Below are positions 1 through 9,696 of a DNA stretch of 64,000 nt, piece after piece. The notes beneath the pieces were generated by a model, which saw only the letters and a list, made by a program, of their open reading frames with translations, searched no databases and was not told where the DNA came from. Source of the stretch: a virus. Numbering within the stretch: position 1 is the first letter of the stretch; the number at the start of each line of letters is the position of its first letter. Both the position numbers and the translations under genes were made by a program. The stretch lies in the IMG/VR virus record IMGVR_UViG_3300042301_002170; one strand, given 5' to 3'.

Positions 1-1
1 A

Positions 2-232
2 ATATATCCAAAAATTAAAGCAACCGATAATGATATGTATGTAATATCGGAAACAAGTGATAGATTGGATATATTAGCAAGTAAATATTATGGAGATAAA
101 TCATATTGGTGGGTAATATCAATTGCAAATAATTTAAACGATGCTTCATTTCACATAGAACCAGGTATTCAGTTAAGAATACCATCCGATTTACCAACAA
201 TTTTAAGAGATTTTAACAAAATAAATAAATAA
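2..232 (+). CDS. LysM/tail-X-like baseplate wedge protein, 5'-partial (frame open to the window edge; first ATG at 35)
   Basis: DRLDILASKYYGDKSYWWVISIAN..PGIQLRIP matches the gp53/tail-X LysM-like pattern. Confidence 0.7.
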   Translation: MYPKIKATDNDMYVISETSDRLDILASKYYGDKSYWWVISIANNLNDASFHIEPGIQLRIPSDLPTILRDFNKINK

Positions 233-235
233 GTT

Positions 236-2494
236 ATGCCCGCAATTCCATATATCCAGCCCATACCAAAGTGGATTGAAGAAGAATTAAAATCAAGAGC
301 CAATAATCAAGCTCGAATGATTAGAACAACTCCGTTTGTTATGCTTACATCACCCGCAGTTGTAACAAGTGCCGAACATAGTGTAGGTATGATTGAATCC
401 GAAAATTATGCTGGAAAATATTATGGATGTGTTTTATCAAATACAACCGATATTAGTAAATTATATCAAACTGGTAATACTATTGCAGGATATGATTTAA
501 ATGGAAAGGCAATTGAAGTAACCGGAGAATCAAATAGAAAATTATCAGTACCTTTAATTATTGATTTACAAATTGAAGATGGTGCTGAAAACGCTGCATT
601 AAAAACTGCAAAATTAAACATAAAAGTATTTTCATTAAAACAATTGGAAATGTTTGAATTGTTTTTTTTAAGACCAGGTATGCAATTGTTATTGGAATAT
701 GGAAATAATTCCGATTTAACTACCAATACCAATACAATTAGTAATTATTTATTTCCAAAAAATAGTTGGGAATCTTTTGTAAATCAATTTACAAGTGTAT
801 ATTCTCCATTGGATTCAAAATGGGAAGCTAATAAAACGGAATACACAAATAAATTAAAATATACAAAAGGTAATTATGATGTTTGGACGGGTAAAGTTTT
901 AACTTATTCATTTTCGGTTGATACGGATGGAACATATAATGTAAGTTTAGAAATATCAGCAGGAAATGAACTGGCATCTCAATTACTTAGTCAATCTTCA
1001 AAACCAGAAGGTAAAAAAAGTGCAAAAGTAATAAAAGGTGATGTAAAATCATATATTACAAAAATTGCAGAAGATATAGATAACAACTTATTACAAACTT
1101 TTAAAGATACAAAACAATGGGAAAAGGAGTTTTTTAATTGGGGCATAGAAGAGAAAAAAGCAGAAGATAACACAATATCAAAAACTCCTTACATTTCGTT
1201 TAGATTGATATTAGAAATTATAAACTCTTTACATCTTTCACCTAATATAATATGTGGTACGGTTGGTGATAATAAAGTGTTACCAGTATCGGCTACAAAA
1301 TTTATGATGTCATCCAACGAAAATGTTATTTTTCCTGGAACATTACCTGATATAAATGTAGATATTGATGGAAACATTAAAGTTGGACATGTAAAAGTTA
1401 CCGACCCTAAAACACAAAAACAAACATTTAAAGTTTCCGATGGAAAAAAATCTTTAATAAACGGTTATTCATTTATTTTAGATGAAAGTGGTGAAAAAAT
1501 TACTAATTTTAAATTACCAACCGACCCAACGAATATAGAATTACCGGCTTATACTGGAAATTTATTAAATATCTTTATAAATTATGAAACATTTGTAAAT
1601 TTAAAAAAGAATTCAATTAAAAATTCGGATTTATTGTATGAACTTTTAACTTTAATTCAGATGAGTATGTATGGGTATTCTTATCTTGAATTATCAACTC
1701 CTGATAGTAGTTCAAATCCAAATCGTGGATTAACAATTATTGATAGAAAACTACCAAGAGTATTTACTCCAACGGCAAACTCTTCTACATATAGATTCCC
1801 AATTGGACCAACTAATTCAATTGTACACACATTTTCATTTGATTTTCAAATGGGTGATATGATGGCAGGACAAACTTTGTACGCAGGTCAATTGCAAGTT
1901 TCAGAAGCAACGGAGAGTGATACTACTCAACAATCTGAAAATTTAAGATATAAACAAAATCTAGCTGAAAGTGCAGATATGAAAACTCTTAAAAATGCAG
2001 ATGGACTACATTCTATAAATCCAATTGAAGTTAAAATACAAAAAGAACTTTATAAGAAAAAATTGGCAGATGCTGCAAAGGCTGCAAAAGATGCCAAAGA
2101 TATACCTAAAAAAGAATTGGATGCAGCTAAGATAGCAAAAGAAAAAGAAAAAACAGAAAAAGTAAAACAAGCTAATGAATCTTTGAATAACACTTTTGTT
2201 AGATTTAAAATTGGTAATGACAAACATAATTTAATTTATACAGATGAATCTTTATTAAAATATTATTTAGTAAAAAAACCATCACCAGACACAGTTTTGG
2301 TTTCCGGTATAGATGTTACTATTGCAATTGATGGTATGTCTGGATTTTCTACTGGTGATTATTTTCTTATAGATGGCGTTCCAGAAGTATATAATCAAAA
2401 TGGATGCTTTCAAATTACATCAATACAACAAGGAATTAATAACGATGGTTGGCTAACTACGATTACCGCTGGTTGGTTAAGAAAACAAATATAA
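236..2494 (+). CDS. Probable baseplate hub / tail protein
   Basis: 752 aa; follows the LysM-like gene; C-terminal IDGMSGFSTGDYF..FQITSIQQ..GWLTTITA resembles the hub/late-control-D terminus. Confidence 0.5.
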   Translation: MPAIPYIQPIPKWIEEELKSRANNQARMIRTTPFVMLTSPAVVTSAEHSVGMIESENYAGKYYGCVLSNTTDISKLYQTGNTIAGYDLNGKAIEVTGESNRKLSVPLIIDLQIEDGAENAALKTAKLNIKVFSLKQLEMFELFFLRPGMQLLLEYGNNSDLTTNTNTISNYLFPKNSWESFVNQFTSVYSPLDSKWEANKTEYTNKLKYTKGNYDVWTGKVLTYSFSVDTDGTYNVSLEISAGNELASQLLSQSSKPEGKKSAKVIKGDVKSYITKIAEDIDNNLLQTFKDTKQWEKEFFNWGIEEKKAEDNTISKTPYISFRLILEIINSLHLSPNIICGTVGDNKVLPVSATKFMMSSNENVIFPGTLPDINVDIDGNIKVGHVKVTDPKTQKQTFKVSDGKKSLINGYSFILDESGEKITNFKLPTDPTNIELPAYTGNLLNIFINYETFVNLKKNSIKNSDLLYELLTLIQMSMYGYSYLELSTPDSSSNPNRGLTIIDRKLPRVFTPTANSSTYRFPIGPTNSIVHTFSFDFQMGDMMAGQTLYAGQLQVSEATESDTTQQSENLRYKQNLAESADMKTLKNADGLHSINPIEVKIQKELYKKKLADAAKAAKDAKDIPKKELDAAKIAKEKEKTEKVKQANESLNNTFVRFKIGNDKHNLIYTDESLLKYYLVKKPSPDTVLVSGIDVTIAIDGMSGFSTGDYFLIDGVPEVYNQNGCFQITSIQQGINNDGWLTTITAGWLRKQI

Positions 2495-2496
2495 TA

Positions 2497-2871
2497 ATGT
2501 ACACAGATTTAATTAAAAATAAAGAACTACCATCATTGTTTACACCACAGACGATTGTACCATCACCAACTGAAAATGATTATGCGAGAGGTTTTGTAGA
2601 AAGATTTTTTACTCAAAAAGCAAATGATATAAATGGGTTTGTATATGAAATAGATGATAAAACTTACATCCAATTGTTAAAAAATCCATATTGGTTATCC
2701 CAAAGTATTTATTGGAGAATATCAGGTCCTTTGGATATGGTATATAATGATAATGGTATGGTTACGGATAAGGGGGTATTTAACTCAAATACGGCATCCA
2801 TACGATTGGGTGCGGAAACATTAAAAAATTTAGGATTATATTTACCCAATATCTTACAATTTCATAAATAA
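2497..2871 (+). CDS. Hypothetical protein (tail region)
   Basis: ATG at 2497, 2 nt after the upstream stop, preferred over 2449. Confidence 0.6.
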   Translation: MYTDLIKNKELPSLFTPQTIVPSPTENDYARGFVERFFTQKANDINGFVYEIDDKTYIQLLKNPYWLSQSIYWRISGPLDMVYNDNGMVTDKGVFNSNTASIRLGAETLKNLGLYLPNILQFHK

Positions 2872-2873
2872 AT

Positions 2874-2904
2874 TTTGAAATGTGAATTATTTTTTGTATC
2901 TTTG
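2874..2904 (+). promoter_or_regulatory. Bacteroidota sigma70-type promoter
   Basis: TTTG 2874-2877, 19-nt spacer, TATCTTTG 2897-2904. Confidence 0.75.
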
Positions 2905-2909
2905 TAGAT

Positions 2910-4169
2910 ATGAATATAATTGAAACAGATAAAGATTTACACTTATTAAATCCAGAGGAGATTTTATTGATAGTTCCTGTATGGAGTTCTCAAAGGGGAC
3001 ATCAATCAATGTTTCCAATATCATTCGTATATATAAAAACCAAAGATACGGATTTTATTTTAAATTTCCAACACATCGATGCAGATTCCGTTACACCATT
3101 CCCAATATCTAAACTCTGCAATCCAAACACATTAGTATTAGGAAACCGATATATCCAATCAAACGGACTTGATTATGAGTGGGTATATTTTGAATCAGTA
3201 GGTAAACCATTTATATTTAATGATTTTGTAGAAACTCTTTTTAAGGGGTATAGAAACGATTATCTTTTCAACAATGACTGTATTCCTCTTATGAAGTGGT
3301 ACGAACTCTTAAAATCAATACCTGAAGGGTTTGAGATAAAGGATTGGTATCGTAAATATTCGGATTCTATTTCTCTATTAGGAAAAGTGGAAGGGGCGGG
3401 GGTTCAAGTCGAAGTGGAAAATTTTATTGATAGATTTAGCTTCGATTCACGTTACATAGATGAGGGTAAAGTGTACACACAATACAATCCATATACTATT
3501 ACGGGTAGACCATCCAATAGACATTTAAACGTAAATTACTCTGCTCTTCCTAAAGGTGATGGGAGTAGGGGAACTATTATTAGTAGGTGGACGTTTGGGA
3601 GTTTAATTCAATTTGATTATGAATCTTACCACATCCGTTTAATCGCGGGGTTGGTAGGGTATAAGTTTCCAATAGGTATATCTGCTCACCAATACCTCGC
3701 AAATTACTATGGGTGTGATTACGATACTGCAAAAGGTTTAACCTTTAAGTATTTGTATGGAGGTTTAGACGACTTTGCGAGAGGAATACCGTTCTTTCAA
3801 AAAGTAGATTCATACATCGAAACTTTGTATCAACGGTATGTAATTTCGGGTAAATTAACGACACCTTTATTTAAAAGGGAAATTAATCATAATCGAATCG
3901 AATTACCGAATCAACAAAAAATATTTAACTATCTTCTACAAGCATTAGAAACTGAAATAAATTATATGAAGATGGTAGAGATGTTGGAGTTTATGAGTGG
4001 GATGAAATCGAAAATAATCTTATACACCTATGATGCGTTCTTAATCGACACTCACCCATCGGAAAGAGATAAAATTTTGAACCTCCTACCGACCATTATG
4101 GAAAAAGGTGGATTCCCCGTCAAAGCAGATGAAGGAACGAATTATGATAATTTGGTTCATTTACAATAA
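2910..4169 (+). CDS. polA: Minimal family A DNA polymerase
   Basis: Motif A QFDYESYHIRLIA, motif B AKGLTFKYLYG, motif C YTYDAF; only 419 aa. Confidence 0.8.
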   Translation: MNIIETDKDLHLLNPEEILLIVPVWSSQRGHQSMFPISFVYIKTKDTDFILNFQHIDADSVTPFPISKLCNPNTLVLGNRYIQSNGLDYEWVYFESVGKPFIFNDFVETLFKGYRNDYLFNNDCIPLMKWYELLKSIPEGFEIKDWYRKYSDSISLLGKVEGAGVQVEVENFIDRFSFDSRYIDEGKVYTQYNPYTITGRPSNRHLNVNYSALPKGDGSRGTIISRWTFGSLIQFDYESYHIRLIAGLVGYKFPIGISAHQYLANYYGCDYDTAKGLTFKYLYGGLDDFARGIPFFQKVDSYIETLYQRYVISGKLTTPLFKREINHNRIELPNQQKIFNYLLQALETEINYMKMVEMLEFMSGMKSKIILYTYDAFLIDTHPSERDKILNLLPTIMEKGGFPVKADEGTNYDNLVHLQ

Positions 4170-4174
4170 ACTTT

Positions 4175-4184
4175 TATATTTATA
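4175..4184 (+). promoter_or_regulatory. Class-B (putative phage/late) promoter motif
   Basis: TATATTTATA 25 nt upstream of ATG 4210; no TTTG -33 element. Confidence 0.5.
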
Positions 4185-4209
4185 ACATATACAGAAACAC
4201 AAATAAATT

Positions 4210-6264
4210 ATGTATCCAAATTTTGAAGAGATATTAGAAGAGTTAAGTTATAAAGTAGGGATTGTTGATTTAACAAACGAATCCCACAAACAGATATTAG
4301 TAAAACTTTTAAGAGAAAGAGGTATAGATTCTGCACAACAACTTACAGATAGAGCATCTGTTGTGTTTGAGTATATAAAAGAGAACACTCCAAAACCAAA
4401 ACGTATTCTTAAAGAGGATACTGTTGTAAAAGGCAAAGATTCAGGTAACATCTATACGGTTAAAACATTTAATGCAGATAGACACGTTAAACCAACTCCT
4501 GCTGAAATAGAAAAAGCTAAAAAAGATAATGGTGGTAACTTACCATCAGAACCTAAAGAACCTGCTCAGGGTGCAAGTGTATTTGGTAATGATGGTGGTG
4601 CGAGTGTATTTCCTGAACCAACCCCTACTCAAACAGAACCAAAATCTGATTTTTCAGAATTAGAAACTGTAAATAAAAATTCATTAGATTCATTTGTTAA
4701 AAATGGATTTGCAAAAAGTGCGGGAGCACCTGGTACTGCTGGTTCTATGTTAAATGAAATCGTATCAACCACATCTGCTACAAATGTATTAAATTCAAAT
4801 GAAGATTTTAATTATGATTCTCAATTAGAATCCAATATTACAATATTAAAAGACACAGAATTGGGTAAAGAAAATGATGGTAATAAACCAGCGAGTGGTG
4901 TTAAAAAATCAGAAGCAGCCGAAGTTGGTAAAAAATATGGTATATCAATAGGACTTGCATCCAAAGCAATCATTGCAACAAGAGCAGCACAGAGTAAAAC
5001 TAATCATGTAAAACAGGCAATCATAGAAAAAAACGGTATTAAAAACGCAACATCTATACCATTTTTTGGAGATGCCAAAGGTTTAAAAGCACAAGAAGCT
5101 GCCGTAAATACTACCAAAGGTAAAGTATTTTTAGGAAACACCGAAATTTCAAAAGAAGAAGCAACTGAAATCATCAGAAATAGTGGTGGGGGTGAAAACC
5201 CATCAGATACTGCTATATTTATTTTAAATAAAGATACTGGTGATTTACATATGACATTTTATTCCGATAAGGATAATGTAAATGCAATTGTTGCCCAATC
5301 TACAATCAAAGCCGAAGCGGAATTTAAAAAGAAACAAATTGATGATTTTGTTCAAAAAGGATTAATTACACCAGAACAAGGTGAAGTAGTTAAAAAGACA
5401 ATAGTAAGTGCTATAAAAGATTATCAGCAATTAGAAACCGATTTAGATACGGTTGTTAATGAACCAATTATACATTTACAAAGTGTAGACCCTAATACTT
5501 TAATAGAATTAACAAAAACACTATCTACTGGTGCAAATAAAGATAAGTATTGGAATGGTGATAAGAATGTAAGAGGAGTTGCTCAATTAATGACAACATC
5601 CAAAAAACATATGGCATATTTACCAGATGGACACACTACTCCACCTACCGAAGTAGAAATGATGCAAGGATTTATTAAGTATGCATCAGATACAAAAAAT
5701 ACTTTAACACAACCAGAACAAAAAGTTTTATCAGAGTTATCAAATAAAACAAATGGTCCTAATTTAGGTCCTAAATTGGGTCAAATTAGAAAAAAAACCG
5801 TTGAAACCGATTTAAATTTGATTAAAAAATTGGATGAGCAAACTGTAAATATAAACGGAGTACAAGTTGGTATTGGAACTTTATTAGAAGCTGAATCAGT
5901 AGCTGAAAAACTACACCTTAATATTATGTTTGGTGGTAGTGGTGTATATAAAGACGAGGATGCATTCTATCAAGAAAGTGGTGGTGTTGCAGTTAATAAA
6001 GCTACTATGGAAAAATGTTTTCCATTTGATGATAAAAATGATATGGTTTCTCATTTTGAAGTAGGTGAAGAAAGAGAAACTACTAAAAGAGGTGAAACAA
6101 CTATAACAGGTGGTTCTAAAATAGTATATGCTATATCAAAAAATGGACAGAGATACCCAATAGGAGAAAAAATCCAACGTTCTAAGAGTGGTATTTTAGG
6201 TAAATTACAAACAGTTTATAAATATCATCCAGATGTTCAGGCTTGTTTTGCTAAAAATGGATAG
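4210..6264 (+). CDS. Large hypothetical protein, probably virion/head-associated
   Basis: 684 aa; shares a 46-aa module with CDS 50674. Confidence 0.55.
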   Translation: MYPNFEEILEELSYKVGIVDLTNESHKQILVKLLRERGIDSAQQLTDRASVVFEYIKENTPKPKRILKEDTVVKGKDSGNIYTVKTFNADRHVKPTPAEIEKAKKDNGGNLPSEPKEPAQGASVFGNDGGASVFPEPTPTQTEPKSDFSELETVNKNSLDSFVKNGFAKSAGAPGTAGSMLNEIVSTTSATNVLNSNEDFNYDSQLESNITILKDTELGKENDGNKPASGVKKSEAAEVGKKYGISIGLASKAIIATRAAQSKTNHVKQAIIEKNGIKNATSIPFFGDAKGLKAQEAAVNTTKGKVFLGNTEISKEEATEIIRNSGGGENPSDTAIFILNKDTGDLHMTFYSDKDNVNAIVAQSTIKAEAEFKKKQIDDFVQKGLITPEQGEVVKKTIVSAIKDYQQLETDLDTVVNEPIIHLQSVDPNTLIELTKTLSTGANKDKYWNGDKNVRGVAQLMTTSKKHMAYLPDGHTTPPTEVEMMQGFIKYASDTKNTLTQPEQKVLSELSNKTNGPNLGPKLGQIRKKTVETDLNLIKKLDEQTVNINGVQVGIGTLLEAESVAEKLHLNIMFGGSGVYKDEDAFYQESGGVAVNKATMEKCFPFDDKNDMVSHFEVGEERETTKRGETTITGGSKIVYAISKNGQRYPIGEKIQRSKSGILGKLQTVYKYHPDVQACFAKNG

Positions 6265-6301
6265 TAATAATCTGTAAAAAATCGTTTTTAGTTTGTAATT
6301 T

Positions 6302-6311
6302 TATATTTATC
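6302..6311 (+). promoter_or_regulatory. Class-B promoter motif
   Basis: TATATTTATC 25 nt upstream of ATG 6337. Confidence 0.45.
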
Positions 6312-6336
6312 CGTAAAGTTAATAAACTAATAATAG

Positions 6337-6744
6337 ATGAATACACAGTTATTATGTCTCTTTACTACCAAAGAAGAACTAGATAAATCATTAGAATTCG
6401 TTCTAAACCAATATATACTTACAAATCCAAACGTTTTTGTATTAGAAAGCAAAACAAATGTGGGAGAACTTTATATTACATTTAATGTAGAAAAGGGTTC
6501 TGTTGCAATTCCTTCCCAATGGAAAACAATTTTAGTTCATAGAAAAAAACAATCCAATACAATCTACACCATCAACGCACTTAACGAAGTAGTTAAATCA
6601 AAAACAGGTGGTATGCTAGATAATACTTATCAGTTAGAGTGGGATGAATACAAAAACTGTATTATTACAACATCTCCAAACGGATACAAAAAAATTCCTA
6701 CAAAAGTTTTTAAATCAATTAATATAGATAATTTGGAAAAGTAA
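6337..6744 (+). CDS. Hypothetical phage protein
   Basis: 135-aa ORF, codon usage like its neighbours. Confidence 0.7.
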   Translation: MNTQLLCLFTTKEELDKSLEFVLNQYILTNPNVFVLESKTNVGELYITFNVEKGSVAIPSQWKTILVHRKKQSNTIYTINALNEVVKSKTGGMLDNTYQLEWDEYKNCIITTSPNGYKKIPTKVFKSINIDNLEK

Positions 6745-6763
6745 AATATTTTTCTTATATTTG
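6732..6763 (+). promoter_or_regulatory. Bacteroidota sigma70-type promoter
   Basis: TTTG 6732-6735, 20-nt spacer, TATATTTG 6756-6763. Confidence 0.75.
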
Positions 6764-6768
6764 TATTA

Positions 6769-7110
6769 ATGAAAGCAGAAAAATTCGTACCATTACAGAT
6801 TTCGGAAAACAATCCAAACGAACTATTTGAAAATCACCAAACCGAACTTGCAAAAGCAATAATTCGTGCAATAGATTATGCCCTAACAAACAGAAGAAAA
6901 AAAATAGATTTTGCAGAAGTAATTGTAAAAGATATTCTTCTTATTGCATTAACAATTAGAAGTGATGAATTTGATGGTTTGTTAGATGAAAATATAAAAA
7001 TTTTGGAAAAAAACGAAGAATACGAATTGTGCGCATTAGCAGTAAAACTTAAAAACAAAATAAAAAAAACAAATGAAGCAGTTACTAAAAAAAATCGAAT
7101 TGTGGATTGA
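6769..7110 (+). CDS. Hypothetical protein with a C-terminal UVR-like coiled-coil motif
   Basis: LEKNEEYELCALAVKLKNKI resembles the UvrB/UvrC E.YE.AA motif. Confidence 0.5.
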   Translation: MKAEKFVPLQISENNPNELFENHQTELAKAIIRAIDYALTNRRKKIDFAEVIVKDILLIALTIRSDEFDGLLDENIKILEKNEEYELCALAVKLKNKIKKTNEAVTKKNRIVD

Positions 7111-7201
7111 CATCCATGTAGTGTATTTTCTGTATAACGGAAACAAAACACAAAGGTATTACACAATGTTAGAAAAAAAGTGGGGAATTAAAAAATAAGT
7201 T

Positions 7202-7558
7202 ATGTCAGAAACCAAACTAGAACAGTCGGCAATTGCATATTGCGAAGAAATTTATCCAGAAACGTGTGATGAATTCAAAGTTATTTTAAACGAAATGTAT
7301 GAAACATTTTGTAAGAAACAAAGAAACTACGGACCTGGTAATATTTCCGTAGGAACTGCTCTGCAAACCAAAGAAGATATTAAATTATCTTTAACAGGAT
7401 TGTGGTTCAGACAAAACGATAAAATAAACAGATTAAAACAATTAGTAGTTATGGGTCAACCAGATGAAGTTGGAGAATCTGTTGAAGATACTTACCAAGA
7501 CCTTTCTATATATTCCGTAATTGCTCAATTAGTGAGTAGAGGAAAATGGGCAAAATAA
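7202..7558 (+). CDS. DUF1599 / nucleotide-modification-associated all-alpha domain protein
   Basis: KKQRNYG..N, RQNDKINRL, ESVEDTYQDLSIYSVI pattern. Confidence 0.7.
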   Translation: MSETKLEQSAIAYCEEIYPETCDEFKVILNEMYETFCKKQRNYGPGNISVGTALQTKEDIKLSLTGLWFRQNDKINRLKQLVVMGQPDEVGESVEDTYQDLSIYSVIAQLVSRGKWAK

Positions 7559-7583
7559 AGGTTTTTTATTGGGCAAAATAAAG
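7547..7583. repeat. 14-bp direct repeat
   Basis: TGGGCAAAATAAAG at 7547-7560 and 7570-7583. Confidence 0.9.
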
Positions 7584-7615
7584 CTTGGAAAAGTAAAAAA
7601 AATGTTGTATCTTTA
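7584..7615 (+). promoter_or_regulatory. Bacteroidota sigma70-type promoter (variant)
   Basis: CTTG 7584-7587, 20-nt spacer, TATCTTTA 7608-7615. Confidence 0.6.
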
Positions 7616-7631
7616 TACAACAAAATGTAAA

Positions 7632-7713
7632 AAGGTTATATTTAGATATAGGTAATCGCGATATAACCTTAAAATTTAAAACAATTTATTAACACTTAAA
7701 ACTTAAAAAAGCA
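7632..7713 (+). promoter_or_regulatory. Structured leader of the ssDNA-binding protein gene (candidate autogenous operator)
   Basis: 10-bp perfect inverted repeat 7632-7641/7661-7670, followed by four TTAAA repeats before the ATG. Confidence 0.45.
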
Positions 7714-8580
7714 ATGGACATTTCATTAGCATTAAAGAGATTTAGCTCTCTTCAAACAAACACAAAGAAGTCGGATTCAATTTGGAAACCGGCAAACGGA
7801 AAATCTCAAATCCGTTTAGTACCTTACAAATTTAATAAGGACAATCCTTTTATTGAATTGTATTTTCACTACAATATTAACAACAAAACTTATCTATCTC
7901 CAATTTCATTTGGTAGACCTGACCCAATCGTAGAGTTTGCAGAAAAACTTAAACGTACAGGTGATACAGATGATTGGAAAGCAGGCAAGAAGATGGAGCC
8001 AAAATTAAGAACATTCGCACCTGTAATCGTAAGAGGTAAGGAAAGTGAAGGAGTTAAGTTTTGGGGATTTGGTAAAACTGTTTATCAGGACATCTTAGGA
8101 TACATTGCAGACCCTGATTACGGTGATATTACAGACCCACACACAGGACGTGATATTGTATTAGAAGTAGTATCTGCTGAGGAATCAAATGCAGCATACC
8201 CAACAACTACAATCAGAGTTAAACCTGCGGTATCTAAAATCTTACCAGAAGCAGAAGCAGTAACTGAATTATTGAACGCACAAAAAGATATTACGGAATT
8301 GTATTCTGAATTATCTTACGCAGAATTAAAATCAGTATTAGAAAATTGGTTAAACCCAACTGCAGGAGCTAACGGTGATAGTGATGAGGTTGTTGCTGAA
8401 TTAGAAGCACCAAAACCAAAACCAACAGTATCACATGATTTAGGTGGAACAACGGAATCAAAACCAGTAGTAGATACACTACCTTGGGATGATGAACTTC
8501 CTATCACACCGGCACCAAAAGCAGCAGTAACAACAAAAGATGATGTTACTTCGGCATTTGACGATTTATTTAACAACTAA
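7714..8580 (+). CDS. gp32: T4 gp32-like single-stranded DNA-binding protein
   Basis: Pattern GKSQIRLVP..PFIELYFHY..SFGRPDPI..GVKFWGFGK; acidic tail ending AFDDLFNN. Confidence 0.85.
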   Translation: MDISLALKRFSSLQTNTKKSDSIWKPANGKSQIRLVPYKFNKDNPFIELYFHYNINNKTYLSPISFGRPDPIVEFAEKLKRTGDTDDWKAGKKMEPKLRTFAPVIVRGKESEGVKFWGFGKTVYQDILGYIADPDYGDITDPHTGRDIVLEVVSAEESNAAYPTTTIRVKPAVSKILPEAEAVTELLNAQKDITELYSELSYAELKSVLENWLNPTAGANGDSDEVVAELEAPKPKPTVSHDLGGTTESKPVVDTLPWDDELPITPAPKAAVTTKDDVTSAFDDLFNN

Positions 8581-8592
8581 AATTAGTTACAA

Positions 8593-9696
8593 ATGGCAAA
8601 AAGAGAAGATGATTTAGCAAGTTTACTTGCCGATTCTCTAAACAAACAAAATAAGGATGGGAAGATTGCCTATTTCTTAGACGATGATAGTTCGGATGCA
8701 CCGACAAACGTCAAAGATTGGTTATCTACGGGAAACGCAATGTTAGATGTTGCAATCTCAAACAGACCTTATGGTGGATTGCCAGTTGGTAGAATAACAG
8801 AAATAACGGGTTTAGAGCAGAGTGGAAAATCTCTGCTCTCTGCCCATTTATTAGCTGAAGCACAACGTAAAGGTGGTGTTGCAGTTCTGATTGATACCGA
8901 AACCGCAGTTAGTAGAGAATTTTTAGAAGCAATTGGAGTGGATATTTCCAAACTCCTTTATGTTTCAGTAGATACCGTTGAAGGTATTTTTGAAGCTTGT
9001 GAAACAATTATTGAGCAAGTTCGTAAGGGTGATAAGGATAGATTAGTTACAATCGTAGTAGATTCAGTAGCAGCAGCATCTTCGAAGAAAGAGATGGAAG
9101 CTGATTATGATAAAGACGGTTATGCAACTGATAAGGCAATCATCATTTCAAAAGCAATGAGAAAGATTACCAATATGATTGGTAGACAATCTATTGCATT
9201 AGTATTCACAAATCAATTAAGACAGAAGATGAACGCAATGTTTGGAGACCCTTGGACAACATCGGGTGGTAAAGCATTAGCATTCCACGCATCTGTTAGA
9301 TTGAGATTGAAGAATATGGGACAATTGAAAGCAGGGGATAGAATCGTAGGTATTAAGGTTCGTTGTCAGGTTATCAAAAACAGAATGGGACCTCCTTTGA
9401 GACACGCAGATTTTGATATTTTCTTTGATAGAGGTATTGATAATTACGGTGGTTGGATTTCAGTTATGAAAGATGCTAAATTGGTAAAACAAGGTGGTGC
9501 ATGGTACACATATACTGATATTGAATCAGGGGAGGAAATTAAATTCCAAGCAAAAGACTTCGTATCTATTTTAGAAGATGAATCTTTAAAAGACCAAATC
9601 TATCGTAGAATCTGCGAAGCAACTATTTTACAATATAAAACATCAGCATCAGAGGAAGTTGAAATAACAACGGATGAAGGCAATGAGTCAGATTAA
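8593..9696 (+). CDS. recA: RecA/UvsX recombinase
   Basis: GRITEITGLEQSGKS P-loop, VVDSVAA, TNQLR, TTSGGKALAFHASVRL. Confidence 0.95.
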   Translation: MAKREDDLASLLADSLNKQNKDGKIAYFLDDDSSDAPTNVKDWLSTGNAMLDVAISNRPYGGLPVGRITEITGLEQSGKSLLSAHLLAEAQRKGGVAVLIDTETAVSREFLEAIGVDISKLLYVSVDTVEGIFEACETIIEQVRKGDKDRLVTIVVDSVAAASSKKEMEADYDKDGYATDKAIIISKAMRKITNMIGRQSIALVFTNQLRQKMNAMFGDPWTTSGGKALAFHASVRLRLKNMGQLKAGDRIVGIKVRCQVIKNRMGPPLRHADFDIFFDRGIDNYGGWISVMKDAKLVKQGGAWYTYTDIESGEEIKFQAKDFVSILEDESLKDQIYRRICEATILQYKTSASEEVEITTDEGNESD

